A stretch of 36,166 bases of DNA from Chromatiaceae bacterium (GTDB taxonomy: Bacteria > Pseudomonadota > Gammaproteobacteria > Chromatiales > Chromatiaceae). The notes beneath the pieces were generated by a model, which worked only from the letters and a program-made list of their open reading frames with translations, was not told where the DNA came from and did no database searches. The DNA is taken from positions 1 through 36,166 of the forward strand of contig JBATOB010000040.1 in NCBI GenBank assembly GCA_049290655.1. The letters are read 5' to 3'. Both the position numbers and the translations under genes were made by a program. Below, one piece after another: positions 1 through 10,200 of this stretch; position 1 is the first letter of the stretch, and each line of letters opens with the position of its first letter.

Positions 1-1713
1 GTCGATCTCCTCGTCGGTTGGCCAGATGTCCCGCAAGGTCACCGGGTGACCCTGGGCGTCGATACCCAGCACGTCCTGCTCGATGTCGAAACGGATGGTG
101 CCGGCGATGGCGTAGGCCACCACCAACGGCGGCGAGGCCAGGAAGGCCTGCTTGGCATAGGGGTGGATACGGCCGTCGAAGTTGCGGTTGCCCGAGAGCA
201 CGGCGGTGGCATACAGATCCCGGTCAATGATTTCCTGCTGGATTTTCGGATCCAGGGCGCCGGACATGCCGTTGCAGGTGGTGCAGGCGTAGGCGACGAT
301 GCCGAAGCCAAGCTTTTCCAACTCGGTCAGCAGGCCGGCTTCTTCCAGATACAGCCTGGCGACCTTGGAGCCCGGGGCGAAGGAGGACTTGACCCAGGGC
401 TTGCGTACCAGACCCAGCGCATTGGCCTTCTTGGCCAGCAGACCGGCGGCGACCACGTTGCGCGGATTGGAGGTATTGGTGCAACTGGTGATAGCGGCGA
501 TGATCACAGCGCCATCCGGCATCAGGCCTTGCTGCTCTTCGGCCAGCGCCTTGTCCAAATCGACGGCAATGCCGCGCTCGGCCAGCGTGGAGGTCGGCAG
601 GCGGCGGTGCGGGTTGGATGGGCCGGCCATGTTGCGCACGACGGTCGAGAGGTCGAACTCCAGCACGCGCTCGTAATCGGCTGCAATCAGCGCATCGGCC
701 CACAGGCCCGTAGTCTTGGCGTAGTTCTCGACCAGGGCCACCTGCTCCGGCTCGCGACCGGTCAGCTTGAGGTAGTCGATGGTCTGCTGGTCGATGTAGA
801 ACATCGCCGCCGTAGCACCGTATTCCGGGCACATGTTGGAGATGGTGGCGCGGTCGCCGATCGTCAGGCTGGCGGCCCCGTCGCCGAAAAATTCGACCCA
901 GGCGCCGACCACGCGCGACTGGCGCAGAAACTCGGTGAGGGCTAGCACGATGTCGGTGGCGGTGATGCCCGGCTGACGCTTGCCGGTCAGCCTGACGCCG
1001 ACGATATCGGGCAGGCGCATCATGGAGGCGCGGCCGAGCATGACGGTCTCGGCCTCCAGTCCGCCGACACCGATGGCGATCACGCCCAGGGCGTCGACGT
1101 GCGGGGTGTGGCTGTCGGTGCCGACGCAGGTATCCGGGAAGGCGACGCCATCGCGGGCCTGGATCACCGGAGACATCTTCTCCAGGTTGATCTGATGCAT
1201 GATGCCGTTGCCAGCCGGGATCACGTCGACGTTCTTGAAGGCGGTCTTGGTCCACTCGATGAAGTGAAATCGGTCCTCGTTACGCCGGTCCTCGATGGCG
1301 CGGTTCTTCTCGAAGGCGTCCGGATCGAAACCACCATATTCCACCGCCAGCGAGTGGTCGACGATCAGTTGGGTCGGCACCACCGGGTTCACCTGGGCCG
1401 GGTCACCACCCTGCTCGGCAATCGCATCACGCAGGCCAGCCAGGTCCACCAGGGCGGTCTGGCCGAGGATGTCATGGCAGACGACCCGGGCCGGGTACCA
1501 GGGGAAGTCCAGGTTACGCTTGCGCTCGATGAGTTGCTTGAGCGAGTCGGTCAGGATCGCCGGATCACAGCGGCGCACCAGTTGTTCCGCCAGCACGCGC
1601 GAGGTGTAGGGCAGCTTGTCATAGGCGCCGGGCTGGATCGCCTCGATCGCGGCCCGGGCGTCGAAGTAATCCAGATCGGTACCCGGCAGGCGTTTGCGGT
1701 GGGTGGTGCTCAT
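1..1713 (-). CDS. acnD: Aconitase-family Fe/S-dependent 2-methyl-cis-aconitate-forming dehydratase (AcnD type). N-terminal 571 codons only; runs off the left edge.
   Basis: Absent from the ORF track because it has no stop inside the window. My own minus-strand translation from ATG 1713 gives MSTTHRKRLPGTDLDYFDARAAIEAIQPGAYDKLPYTSRVLAEQLVRRCDP. Further in are the aconitase motifs DSHTP, ITSCTNTSNP and CTTCNGMSG, and the frame ends ...DAQGHPVTLRDIWPTDEEID at nt 1. The start lies 2 nt after the prpC stop. Confidence 0.9.
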   Translation of the reverse strand, partial: MSTTHRKRLPGTDLDYFDARAAIEAIQPGAYDKLPYTSRVLAEQLVRRCDPAILTDSLKQLIERKRNLDFPWYPARVVCHDILGQTALVDLAGLRDAIAEQGGDPAQVNPVVPTQLIVDHSLAVEYGGFDPDAFEKNRAIEDRRNEDRFHFIEWTKTAFKNVDVIPAGNGIMHQINLEKMSPVIQARDGVAFPDTCVGTDSHTPHVDALGVIAIGVGGLEAETVMLGRASMMRLPDIVGVRLTGKRQPGITATDIVLALTEFLRQSRVVGAWVEFFGDGAASLTIGDRATISNMCPEYGATAAMFYIDQQTIDYLKLTGREPEQVALVENYAKTTGLWADALIAADYERVLEFDLSTVVRNMAGPSNPHRRLPTSTLAERGIAVDLDKALAEEQQGLMPDGAVIIAAITSCTNTSNPRNVVAAGLLAKKANALGLVRKPWVKSSFAPGSKVARLYLEEAGLLTELEKLGFGIVAYACTTCNGMSGALDPKIQQEIIDRDLYATAVLSGNRNFDGRIHPYAKQAFLASPPLVVAYAIAGTIRFDIEQDVLGIDAQGHPVTLRDIWPTDEEID

Positions 1714-1715
1714 GA

Positions 1716-2870
1716 TCAGCGCTGCTCCAAGGGCACCCAGGGCCGGTTATCGAGACCCACATAGGTGGCGCTCGGCCGGATGATCTTGTTGTCGATGCGC
1801 TGCTCGATGATGTGGGCGGTCCAGCCCGCGGTGCGGGCAATGACGAAGAGGGGCGTGAACATGGGGGTGGGAACGCCCATCAGGTGGTAGCTCACCGCCG
1901 AGAACCAGTCCAGGTTGGGGAACATCTTCTTGATGTCCCACATGATGGTCTCCAGGCGCTCGGCGATGTCATACATGAGGTGATCGGTGGTGTCGTCGGC
2001 CAGGGCCTTGGCGACACGCTTGATGACCTGGTTGCGGGGATCGGCGATAGTGTAAACAGGATGCCCGAAGCCAATGACGATCTCCTTGCGCTCCATGCGG
2101 GCGCGGATGTCGGTCTCGGCCTGGTCGGGGCTGTCGTAGCGGCTCTGGATGTCGCAGGCCACCTCGTTGGCGCCGCCGTGCTTGGGCCCCCGCAGGGCAC
2201 CGATGGCGCCGGAGACACAGGAATAGATGTCCGAGCCGGTACCCGCGATGACGCGCGCGGTGAAGGTGGAGGCGTTGAACTCATGCTCGGCATAGAGGTT
2301 CAGCGAGGTGTGCATGGCGCGCGTTTGCAGCTTGGTGGGCTTGCGGCCATGGAGCAGATGCAGGAAGTGAGCGGCGATGGATTCGTCGTCGGTCTCGACC
2401 GCGATGCGCTTGCCATGATGGCTGAAGTGGTACCAATAGAGCAGCATGGAGCCGAGGCTGGCGATGAGGCGATCACCGATGCCGCGGGCCGCCGCCACGG
2501 GCTGGGACTCCCGCTCCGGCTCCAGGGTGCCGAGAACGGAGGCGCCGGTGCGTAGCACGTCCATGGGATGGGCGGAGGCCGGGAGCTGCTCCAGGACGTT
2601 CTTCAGCGCCGAGGGCAGGTCGCGCATGGACTGAAGCAGGCGCTTGTATTCCATCAACTGGTGAGCATTGGGCAGTTCGCCATGGATCAGCAGATAGGCG
2701 ATTTCCTCGAATTCCGCGATGTCGGCGAATTCCAGGATGTCATAGCCGCGATAGTGCAGATCGTTACCCGTGCGCCCGACGGTGCAGATGGCGGTATTGC
2801 CGGCGGGGGTGCCGGAGAGGGCGACGGACTTCTTCACCTTGAGGGCGTGGGCTGCTTGTTGCTCGCTCAT
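1716..2870 (-). CDS. prpC: 2-methylcitrate synthase
   Basis: 384-aa track ORF with citrate-synthase-family signature ([22 protein letters not shown]). Sits between prpB and acnD. Confidence 0.9.
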   Translation of the reverse strand: MSEQQAAHALKVKKSVALSGTPAGNTAICTVGRTGNDLHYRGYDILEFADIAEFEEIAYLLIHGELPNAHQLMEYKRLLQSMRDLPSALKNVLEQLPASAHPMDVLRTGASVLGTLEPERESQPVAAARGIGDRLIASLGSMLLYWYHFSHHGKRIAVETDDESIAAHFLHLLHGRKPTKLQTRAMHTSLNLYAEHEFNASTFTARVIAGTGSDIYSCVSGAIGALRGPKHGGANEVACDIQSRYDSPDQAETDIRARMERKEIVIGFGHPVYTIADPRNQVIKRVAKALADDTTDHLMYDIAERLETIMWDIKKMFPNLDWFSAVSYHLMGVPTPMFTPLFVIARTAGWTAHIIEQRIDNKIIRPSATYVGLDNRPWVPLEQR

Positions 2871-2941
2871 GTTAATACTCCAGTGGTTCTCGATCGATGT
2901 TATGGGCGCGGCGGGGCCTCCACCCCGCCGAGGGTCTGGAC

Positions 2942-3832
2942 TCAGTCTTCCCCGCCCGTGGAAAAGAGGGCATCCAGCTTCTGCTCGAAGGCGTGATAGC
3001 CCAGGTAGTCGTACAAGTCATTGCGGGTCTGCATCATGTCCACCACCTGCCGCTGGGTGCCGTCGTGGCGGATCGCCTCATAGACCTTGAGGGCGGCCTG
3101 GTTCATGGCGCGGAAGGCGGACAGGGGATAGAGCACCAGGCCCACGCCCACGGCGCCCAGCTCCTGGGTGGTGAAGAGGGGGGTGGCGCCGAACTCGGTG
3201 ATGTTGGCCAGCACCGGCACGCCCACGGCCTGGGCAAACCGCTGGTACTGATCCAGTTCGGTCATGGCCTCGGGGAAGATCATGTCCGCGCCGGCCTCGA
3301 CGCAGGCGCAGGCGCGGTCAATGGCGGACTGGAAGCCCTCCACCGCTAGGGCGTCGGTGCGGGCCATGATGACAAAGCCGTCCCGGGCCGCGTCCGCCGC
3401 TGCCTTGACCCGGTCCACCATCTCCGCCTTGGAGACGATGGCCTTACCGGGGCGGTGACCGCAGCGCTTGGCCTGGACCTGGTCCTCGATATGGCAACCG
3501 GCGGCGCCGGCGCGCATCAGTTCGCGCACGGTGCGCTCGATGTTGAAGGCGCTGGGGCCCAGGCCGGTGTCGGCATCCACCAGCAGGGGGGCCTGGGTGA
3601 CATAGGTGATGCGGCGCACGTCCTCGCAGACGTCGTGCAGATTGCTGATGCCCAGGTCCGGCAGGCCCAGGGAGCCCGCGGCCACGCCGCCGCCGGAGAG
3701 GTAGAGGGCGCGGTAGCCGACGCGCTCGGCCATCATGGCGTGGTAGGCATTGATGGCGCCGACGACCTGCAGGGGCTGTTCCTCGCCGACGGCTTGGCGC
3801 AACCGGGCGCCGGGGGACTGGGACGGGTTCAT
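2942..3832 (-). CDS. prpB: Methylisocitrate lyase
   Basis: 296-aa ORF of the isocitrate-lyase/PEP-mutase family with the catalytic loop [15 protein letters not shown]. Synteny with prpC. Confidence 0.9.
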   Translation of the reverse strand: MNPSQSPGARLRQAVGEEQPLQVVGAINAYHAMMAERVGYRALYLSGGGVAAGSLGLPDLGISNLHDVCEDVRRITYVTQAPLLVDADTGLGPSAFNIERTVRELMRAGAAGCHIEDQVQAKRCGHRPGKAIVSKAEMVDRVKAAADAARDGFVIMARTDALAVEGFQSAIDRACACVEAGADMIFPEAMTELDQYQRFAQAVGVPVLANITEFGATPLFTTQELGAVGVGLVLYPLSAFRAMNQAALKVYEAIRHDGTQRQVVDMMQTRNDLYDYLGYHAFEQKLDALFSTGGED

Positions 3833-3853
3833 GAGGTGGTTCTCGCTATTCTA

Positions 3854-4540
3854 CTAATGGGTCAGGGGGGTCGGTTGTGGCCATTCGCCGCTCAGGCGTC
3901 GCTCCACCTGCTGGCGGGAGGCACGGATGTGGCGGCGCATCAGGATCTCCGCCAGCTCGCCATCGCGCTCGGCGATGGCCTCGACGACCTGGCCATGCTC
4001 CCGCAGGGCCGTGGGCGCGCGGGGCCCGACCATGCCGAACTGGCAGCGATACATGCGCACCAGGTGGTAGAGGTCATTCTCCAGCAGGTCCTGAAGTCGG
4101 GCGTTGTGACTGCCACGCACGATGCAGAAGTGAAAGTCCAGGTCGCCCTCGCTCTGGTAATAGGCCAGACCGTGATCCTGGGCGACCTGGCGCTCGTGGA
4201 GGGCAATAAGGGCGCGCAGTTCCTCGATCTCCGCCGCGCTCATGCGCTCCGCCGCCAGTCGCGCCGCCATGCCCTCCAGGGCCTCGCGCAGGTAATAAAG
4301 ATCCAGCAATTGGGCACTGGAGAGGTCTATGACCCGGGCCCCGACGTTGGCCCGGCGCACCACCAGGCTGGAGGACTCCAGCCGCCGCATCGCCTCCCGC
4401 AGCGGTCCCCGGCTAATGCCGTAGCGCCGCGCCAGTTCGGGCTCGCTCATCTTGGAGCCCGGTGGGATCTGGCCCTCCACGATCTCCCTGCGCATCCGGG
4501 TGAAGATCTGGTCGGCCAGGGTGATGTCCTGATCGATCAT
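3854..4540 (-). CDS. GntR-family (FadR/FCD-type) transcriptional regulator, likely the prp-cluster regulator
   Basis: 228-aa ORF. N-terminal winged HTH (SEPELARRYGISRGPLREAMRRLES) plus a helical FCD-like C-terminal half. The position immediately upstream of prpB matches the Pseudomonas-type GntR prp regulator arrangement. Confidence 0.8.
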   Translation of the reverse strand: MIDQDITLADQIFTRMRREIVEGQIPPGSKMSEPELARRYGISRGPLREAMRRLESSSLVVRRANVGARVIDLSSAQLLDLYYLREALEGMAARLAAERMSAAEIEELRALIALHERQVAQDHGLAYYQSEGDLDFHFCIVRGSHNARLQDLLENDLYHLVRMYRCQFGMVGPRAPTALREHGQVVEAIAERDGELAEILMRRHIRASRQQVERRLSGEWPQPTPLTH

Positions 4541-4582
4541 GGGCCTGGTTCGGATCGGGTTGCGAGGCGGCGCAGGCTGTCC

Positions 4583-6484
4583 CTAGGCCGTGGCGGTCAG
4601 GGCGTAGCCGATGGTCTGGAGCTTGCCCTCGATCTCGTCGAGGATGGCCGGATCATCGATGGTCGCGGGCATATTGAAGGCCTGGCCATCGGCGATGCGC
4701 TTCATGGTGCCGCGCAGGATCTTGCCGGAGCGGGTCTTGGGCAGGCGCTCGACCACGACCACCTTCTTGAAATCCGCCACCGGGCCGATCTTCTCGCGTA
4801 CCAGGAGCACCAGCTCGCGATCAATCTGCTCCTCGGGCTTCTCGACGCCGCTCTTGAGAACCACCAGGCCCAGGGGGATCTCGCCCTTGAGGGTGTCCGC
4901 CACGCCAATGACGGCGCACTCGGCGACGTCCGGGTGGGAGGCCAGGACCTCCTCCATGCCGCCGGTGGAGAGGCGGTGGCCGGCGACGTTGATGATGTCG
5001 TCGATGCGACTCATGATGAAGAGGTAGCCATCCTCGTCCTTCATGCCGGCATCGCCGGTCAGGTAGTAACCCGGCTCGGAGCTGAGGTAGGACTCGACGT
5101 AGCGGTCGTCGTTCTGCCACAGGGTCGGCAGGCAGGCCGGCGGCAAGGGTAGCTTGATCATGATGCGGCCGATCTGGCCCGGGGCCTGCTCGTGACCGTC
5201 GTCGTCGAGGATGCGCACGTCATAGCCGGGCACGGCCTTGGTCGGCGAGCCGGGCTTGACCGGCAGGGGCTCGATGCCCAGGCAGTTGGCGGCGATGCCC
5301 CAGCCCGTCTCGGTCTGCCACCAGTGGTCGATGACCGGCACCTTGAGGATGTTCTGGGCCCATTGCAGGGTATCGGGATCGCAGCGCTCCCCGGCGAGGA
5401 AGAGGGCGCGGAAGCCGGACATGTCGTAGCGCTCCAGATGTTCGGCCTTGGAATCAACGCGCTTGATGGCGCGAAAGGCGGTGGGGGCGGTGAACATGAC
5501 GGAGACCCCATGCTCGCTGATGACCCGCCAGAAGGCGCCAGCGTCCGGGGTGCCAACGGGCTTGCCCTCGTAGATCAGGGTGGTGCAGCCATAGAGCAGG
5601 GGTGCATAGACGATATAGGAGTGACCCACCACCCAGCCGACGTCGGAGGCGGCCCAGAAGACCTCGCCAGGCTCCATGGCATAGAGGTTCTTCATGCTCC
5701 AGTGCATGGCCACGGCATGACCGCCATTGTCCCGCACGACACCCTTGGGCAGGCCCGTGGTACCGGAGGTGTAGAGGATATAGAGGGGATCGGTGGCGGC
5801 GACGGAGACGCAGGGATGAGGCCGGGCGGCGGCCATGGCCTCATCCCAATCGAAGTCGCGGCCGGCGATCATGGTCCCCGGTTCCTGGGGACGCCTCAGC
5901 ACTAGGCAACTCTGGGGCTTGTGGTTGGACATCTCGATGGCCTGATCCAGCAGCGGCTTGTAATGGACCACCCGGTTAGGCTCGATGCCGCAGGAACCCG
6001 CGACCATCACCTTGGGCTTGGCGTCCTCGATACGGGTCGAGAGTTCCCGGGCCGAGAAGCCGCCGAAGACCACGGAGTGCACGGCGCCGAGGCGGGCGCA
6101 GGCCAGCATGGCGATGGCGGCCTCGGGGACCATCGGCATGTAGATGATGACGCGATCGCCCTTGACCACGCCCAGGTTGGCGAGGGCGCCGGCGCAGCGG
6201 GAGACCTGGTCCAGAAGCTCGGCGTAACTGATGGTACGCTGGGTGCCGGTGACGGGGCTGTCGTAGATGATGGCGGCCTGATCACCGCGCCCGGCCTCGA
6301 CATGACGGTCCACGGCGTTGTAGCAGGTATTCAACATACCGCCAGCGAACCAGCGATAGAAGGGGGGCTTGCTGTCGTCCAGTACCCGCTCCCAGGGCTT
6401 GTCCCAATGGATCGCCTGGGCGGCCTCCCCCCAGAAACCCTCGGGATCGGACAGGGAACGCTGATAAACCTCTTGGTATGTCAT
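4583..6484 (-). CDS. prpE: Propionate--CoA ligase (acyl-CoA synthetase family)
   Basis: Track ORF 4583..6490, AMP-binding motif YTSGTTGLPKGV. I prefer ATG 6484 (MTYQEVYQRSLSDPEGFWGEAA) because GAGGAG lies 8 nt upstream of it but only 2 nt from ATG 6490. Confidence 0.85.
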   Translation of the reverse strand: MTYQEVYQRSLSDPEGFWGEAAQAIHWDKPWERVLDDSKPPFYRWFAGGMLNTCYNAVDRHVEAGRGDQAAIIYDSPVTGTQRTISYAELLDQVSRCAGALANLGVVKGDRVIIYMPMVPEAAIAMLACARLGAVHSVVFGGFSARELSTRIEDAKPKVMVAGSCGIEPNRVVHYKPLLDQAIEMSNHKPQSCLVLRRPQEPGTMIAGRDFDWDEAMAAARPHPCVSVAATDPLYILYTSGTTGLPKGVVRDNGGHAVAMHWSMKNLYAMEPGEVFWAASDVGWVVGHSYIVYAPLLYGCTTLIYEGKPVGTPDAGAFWRVISEHGVSVMFTAPTAFRAIKRVDSKAEHLERYDMSGFRALFLAGERCDPDTLQWAQNILKVPVIDHWWQTETGWGIAANCLGIEPLPVKPGSPTKAVPGYDVRILDDDGHEQAPGQIGRIMIKLPLPPACLPTLWQNDDRYVESYLSSEPGYYLTGDAGMKDEDGYLFIMSRIDDIINVAGHRLSTGGMEEVLASHPDVAECAVIGVADTLKGEIPLGLVVLKSGVEKPEEQIDRELVLLVREKIGPVADFKKVVVVERLPKTRSGKILRGTMKRIADGQAFNMPATIDDPAILDEIEGKLQTIGYALTATA

Positions 6485-6555
6485 GACCATCTCTCCTCGG
6501 TAAACGATGAATGAGTGTTGTTATGATCGCGGACGCATCGGGGCGCCCGTCAGCC

Positions 6556-6581
6556 GCGACGGATTGTCAACAATCCGTCGC
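6556..6581. promoter_or_regulatory. 26-bp perfect palindrome GCGACGGATTG-TCAA-CAATCCGTCGC containing a TTGTCAACAA core; candidate GntR-type operator upstream of prpE
   Basis: Read directly from the sequence. 11-bp arms with a 4-bp centre, about 70-100 bp upstream of the prpE start. The core resembles FadR/GntR-type t.GT...AC.a sites. Confidence 0.4.
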
Positions 6582-6624
6582 GATATTGGCAAAAATACTC
6601 TCTATTTCCGCTCTGTCAACCCCC

Positions 6625-6646
6625 TTTGTCGACAATACATTGTATT
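6625..6646. promoter_or_regulatory. Second TTGTCGACAA palindrome, overlapping an AATACA-T-TGTATT palindrome; candidate operator or promoter element
   Basis: TTGTCGACAA at 6626..6635 is a perfect 10-bp palindrome. AATACATTGTATT at 6634..6646 has 6-bp arms. A third TGTCAAC core lies at 6614..6620. Confidence 0.35.
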
Positions 6647-6674
6647 AGCACCCCTCTTGGCCGGCGGTGCTCGG

Positions 6675-7841
6675 TCATGGCGATGCCAGCCTGGCCTCCC
6701 GCCGCAGCATGCCCCGCAGGCCATAGCCAGCCAGGACCAGGACCAGGGCGACGGCGGCCAGAAAGGGTAGCCAACCCAGGTGGCGATACACCTCCACCGC
6801 CAGCCAGGAGCCCAAGCTCCCGCCCAGGTAGTAGGCGGCGATATAGATGCCATTGACCACCCCTCGATGGGGCCCGCCCACTTGGTTGACCTGGCCCGAG
6901 AGGCGGGTGTGGATCAGAAACATGCCGCCACAAAAGGCGAACATGGCCAGATAGACCCCACCCAGGGCGGACAAGGCGAACAGCCCGAGACCCAGGGCAT
7001 AGAGCCCCAGGCCCAAGGCATAGAGGGGGCCCTCGGACTGGAACAGGCGGCTCAGTCGTTCCGTATTGAGGGAGACCAGCAAGCCGGAAAGGTAACCCAG
7101 ATAGGCGAAGCCAATGCCAGCGGCCCCCGTGCCCGGGTCTTGATCGGCCATATGGAAGGGCAGGACGTTCAGCACCGCCGCGAAGACGAAGAAAATTGAA
7201 AAAACGGTCAGATAGGCCTGGGTGGCGCCGGGCCTCGCCATCACGACCCGAAAAACGCGCGGCGTCACCCGCACGAAGCGGCTCTCCTGGCGCCCCGGCA
7301 GGCGCAGGGTCCAGAGCCCCGTCGCCAGCAAGGCCGGTGCCCAGATGCCCAGCGCCACCCGCCAGTCCCAGACCGAGGCCACGAGACCACTGAGGGCGCG
7401 GCCGGCGAAACCGCCGAGAATGGTGGCGGCGATGTACCAGGCCAGGGACTGGCGCAGGGTCTCGGCGGTGGCCGAGGAGGCCACGAAGGTCATGAGGGCC
7501 GTGAAGAGGGCCGGCAGGCAGAGGCCGATCATGAGACGCAGGGCCAGCATCAGCCACCAGCTATCCGCCAGCGCCAGCCCGAGTTGGCACAAGGCCAATA
7601 GCAGGGCCGCCCCCGCCAGCATGGGCCGCGCCGGTACCGACACCAGCAGATAGCCATAGACCAGGGGCGCGCAGGCCAGGGGCAGCATGGCCAGGGTAAT
7701 GAGGAGGGAGGCCTCCGTTGGCCCCTTGCCAAAGGCCTCCGCCAGGACCGGCAACAAGGGTTGCGGGGCATAGAGGGTGCTGAAGCCAAAGACCGTCAGC
7801 AGCAAGATGCCTAGGGGGGGACGCGTCCTGAGCGACACCAT
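6675..7841 (-). CDS. MFS-family transporter, substrate unknown
   Basis: 388-aa ORF, very hydrophobic, with a roughly 12-TM-like periodicity and MFS-like loop motifs. No specific subfamily recognised. Confidence 0.7.
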   Translation of the reverse strand: MVSLRTRPPLGILLLTVFGFSTLYAPQPLLPVLAEAFGKGPTEASLLITLAMLPLACAPLVYGYLLVSVPARPMLAGAALLLALCQLGLALADSWWLMLALRLMIGLCLPALFTALMTFVASSATAETLRQSLAWYIAATILGGFAGRALSGLVASVWDWRVALGIWAPALLATGLWTLRLPGRQESRFVRVTPRVFRVVMARPGATQAYLTVFSIFFVFAAVLNVLPFHMADQDPGTGAAGIGFAYLGYLSGLLVSLNTERLSRLFQSEGPLYALGLGLYALGLGLFALSALGGVYLAMFAFCGGMFLIHTRLSGQVNQVGGPHRGVVNGIYIAAYYLGGSLGSWLAVEVYRHLGWLPFLAAVALVLVLAGYGLRGMLRREARLASP

Positions 7842-7911
7842 GGCCTCCTGGAAAGCGCAACCGGATTAAAGGAAATACGGTGGCCGACCGCCCCTCGCCC
7901 GGGACACGGAC

Positions 7912-9390
7912 CTAGCTCTCGATGCCGGCCTCGGCCATGGCGACGGCGCGGAAGATGGCCCGGCCCTTGTTCATGGTCTCCTGCCATTCCAGCGCCGGGA
8001 CCGAATCGGCGACGATGCCGGCGCCGGCCTGGATGTGGAGCTGGCCGTCCTTGATGACGGCGGTACGGATGGCGATGGCCGTGTCCATGTTGCCGTTCCA
8101 GGACAGGTAACCGACGGCGCCGGAGTAGATGCCGCGCTTGACCGGCTCCAGCCCGTCGATGATCTCCATGGCGCGGATCTTGGGGGCGCCGGAGACGGTG
8201 CCGGCGGGAAAGGTGGCGCGCAGCACGTCGATGGCGTTAAGACCGTCGCGCAACTCGCCGATGACATTGGAGACGATGTGCATGACGTGGGAATAGCGCT
8301 CGACGATCATGCGCTCGGTGAGGCGCACGGTGCCGATGCGGGCGACGCGGCCCACGTCGTTGCGGCCCAGGTCGATGAGCATCAGGTGCTCCGCCAACTC
8401 CTTGGGGTCGGCCAGGAGTTCCTCCTCCAGGGCCCGGTCCTCGGCCTCGGTGTGGCCGCGGCGGCGGGTACCCGCGATGGGGCGGACGGTGACGACCCCC
8501 TCCTCCAGGCGGGTCAGAATCTCCGGCGAGGAACCGACGATCTGGAAGCCGCCCAGGTCCATGAAGTGCATGTAGGGCGAGGGATTGAGGCCCCTCAAGG
8601 CCCGATAGAGATCCAGGGGGCGAGCCTGAAAGGGAATGGACAGGCGCTGGGACAGGACGACCTGCATGCAGTCGCCTTCCAGAATGTAGTCCTTGATCCG
8701 CTCCACCGCGGCCTGGAAGCCCTCCTCGGTAAAGCCCGAGACGAAGTCGGTCTCGCTGACCACCCGCGCCGGGCCGTGGGGCGGGCGCGGGGCACCCCGG
8801 CGCATGCGCTCGATGAGGTCGCCGATCCGGGCCTCGCCGGCCGCCAGGGTATCGCCGGCGGTCGGGTCCAGGTGGATGATGAGGATCATGCGCCCGCTCA
8901 GGTTATCGAAGACGACAATCTCGTCGGCGACCATGAGCAGGATATCCGGCGTGCCCAGGGGGTCGGGGTTGGGGCATTGGGCCAGCCGGGGTTCGATGTA
9001 GCGAACCGTGTCGTAGCCAAAATAGCCCGCCAGGCCGCCGGCGAAGCGCGGCATGCCCTCCGGGGTGGGGGCGACCTTGAAACGACGCTGGAAGGCGTCG
9101 ATCCAGGCCAAGGGGTCGGCGGTCTCCGCCTCCTCGACCAGATGGCCACCCGTCCAGACGCGCAGGAGGTGCCCGCTCGCCTCGATGCGGGTGCGGCAGG
9201 GCAGGACCAGGATGGAGTAGCGCCCCCATTTCTCGCCGCCCTGCACCGATTCGAAGAGACAGGAATAGGGTTCCCCGGCGAGTTTGAGGTAGGCTCTGAG
9301 GGGGGTATCGAGGTCGGCGAGGACCTCGCGGACCAGGGGGATGCGGTTATAGCCCTGGGCGGCCAGGGCGGCGTAGCTTGCGGGGGTCAT
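7912..9390 (-). CDS. trpE: Anthranilate synthase component I
   Basis: Track ORF 7912..9483, trimmed to ATG 9390 ([23 protein letters not shown]) with GGAGA 5 nt upstream. Chorismate-binding-family motifs [16 protein letters not shown] and [26 protein letters not shown]. Confidence 0.9.
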   Translation of the reverse strand: MTPASYAALAAQGYNRIPLVREVLADLDTPLRAYLKLAGEPYSCLFESVQGGEKWGRYSILVLPCRTRIEASGHLLRVWTGGHLVEEAETADPLAWIDAFQRRFKVAPTPEGMPRFAGGLAGYFGYDTVRYIEPRLAQCPNPDPLGTPDILLMVADEIVVFDNLSGRMILIIHLDPTAGDTLAAGEARIGDLIERMRRGAPRPPHGPARVVSETDFVSGFTEEGFQAAVERIKDYILEGDCMQVVLSQRLSIPFQARPLDLYRALRGLNPSPYMHFMDLGGFQIVGSSPEILTRLEEGVVTVRPIAGTRRRGHTEAEDRALEEELLADPKELAEHLMLIDLGRNDVGRVARIGTVRLTERMIVERYSHVMHIVSNVIGELRDGLNAIDVLRATFPAGTVSGAPKIRAMEIIDGLEPVKRGIYSGAVGYLSWNGNMDTAIAIRTAVIKDGQLHIQAGAGIVADSVPALEWQETMNKGRAIFRAVAMAEAGIES

Positions 9391-9516
9391 GGGGATCTCC
9401 AGGAGGGTGACGACGGATGTGGACGGTGATCGGCTCAAGGTCGCCTTCGCCATCGCCGCCCCGTGCCCCCCGGCGGGAGGCATTGGAGAGATCCGATCAC
9501 TAGCTCCCTCGCCACC

Positions 9517-10191
9517 TCAGGCCGGCCCCTCCAGCAGACCCTGGACCTCGACCAGGGAGTCCATGACCGCATCCGGATGGAAGTCGCGGATATCCTGGCC
9601 ATGGTTGTAGCCATAACTCATGCAAAAGATGCGAAAGCCAGCGGCCCGGGCGGCCTTCACGTCGCTCACCGAGTCGCCGATCATGAGGGCATCGGCCAGT
9701 TCAACGCCAAAATGGGCGGCGGCATGGAGCAGGGGCATGGGGTCCGGCTTGTTGCGGGGCAGGCTGTCGCCGCTGATGACGATCTCGAAGTCATCCCGGA
9801 CTCCCAGGTCCCGCAGCAGAGGCTCGGTAAACTGGGCGGCCTTGTTGGTGACGCAGCCGAGCCGGTAGTGGTTGCCCATGAGCCAGTTCAGCCCCTCGCG
9901 AATGCCGGGGTAGAGGCAGGAACGCTGGGAGGTATTGTCCCGATAGAGTTCCAGAAAGATGGGGTAGGCCCGATCGAAATCGGCCGCCTCTGGCTCGCCG
10001 TTGAGCTGGCCGATGAGGGCACGGCGCACCAGGCGCTCGACGCCGTTGCCCACCCAGTTGCGCACCGCCTCCTCCCCATGGGGCGGGCGTCCCAGGCGCG
10101 ACATCATGGCATCGACGCAAAAGGCCAGATCCGGCACGCTGTCCACCAGGGTGCCGTCCAGGTCGATCAGAATCATCCGGGGTCGCATCAT
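9517..10191 (-). CDS. gph: Phosphoglycolate phosphatase (HAD superfamily)
   Basis: 224-aa ORF. HAD motif I ILIDLDGTLVDS and motif GDSVSDVKAARAAG. Classical rpe-gph-trpE synteny. Confidence 0.85.
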   Translation of the reverse strand: MMRPRMILIDLDGTLVDSVPDLAFCVDAMMSRLGRPPHGEEAVRNWVGNGVERLVRRALIGQLNGEPEAADFDRAYPIFLELYRDNTSQRSCLYPGIREGLNWLMGNHYRLGCVTNKAAQFTEPLLRDLGVRDDFEIVISGDSLPRNKPDPMPLLHAAAHFGVELADALMIGDSVSDVKAARAAGFRIFCMSYGYNHGQDIRDFHPDAVMDSLVEVQGLLEGPA

Positions 10192-10200
10192 CCGGGGACC

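Noticed and set aside
46-1255. Track ORFs 46..945 (+) and 224..1255 (-)
   Set aside because: Both are antisense or off-frame relative to the open-ended acnD frame, which carries unmistakable aconitase motifs. Their own translations are Arg/Gly/Pro-rich.
2910-2929. Hairpin GGCGGGG-CCTCCA-CCCCGCC between prpB and prpC, as a possible terminator
   Set aside because: No U-tract on the coding (minus) strand, and it lies inside an operon. More likely an intercistronic stabilising hairpin or chance GC pairing.
3455-5152. 565-aa plus-strand ORF spanning the GntR regulator and prpE region
   Set aside because: It is antisense to two well-supported genes. Its composition is dominated by A/G/L/D/V/H, as expected for the reverse frame of high-GC coding DNA, and it has no recognisable motifs.
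8035-9429. 464-aa plus-strand ORF
   Set aside because: Antisense to trpE. Low-complexity G/A/D/V-rich translation. A high-GC artefact.
9391-9516. trp attenuator or leader peptide upstream of trpE
   Set aside because: There is no short ORF with tandem Trp codons and no terminator/antiterminator pair with a U-tract in the 126-nt gap.
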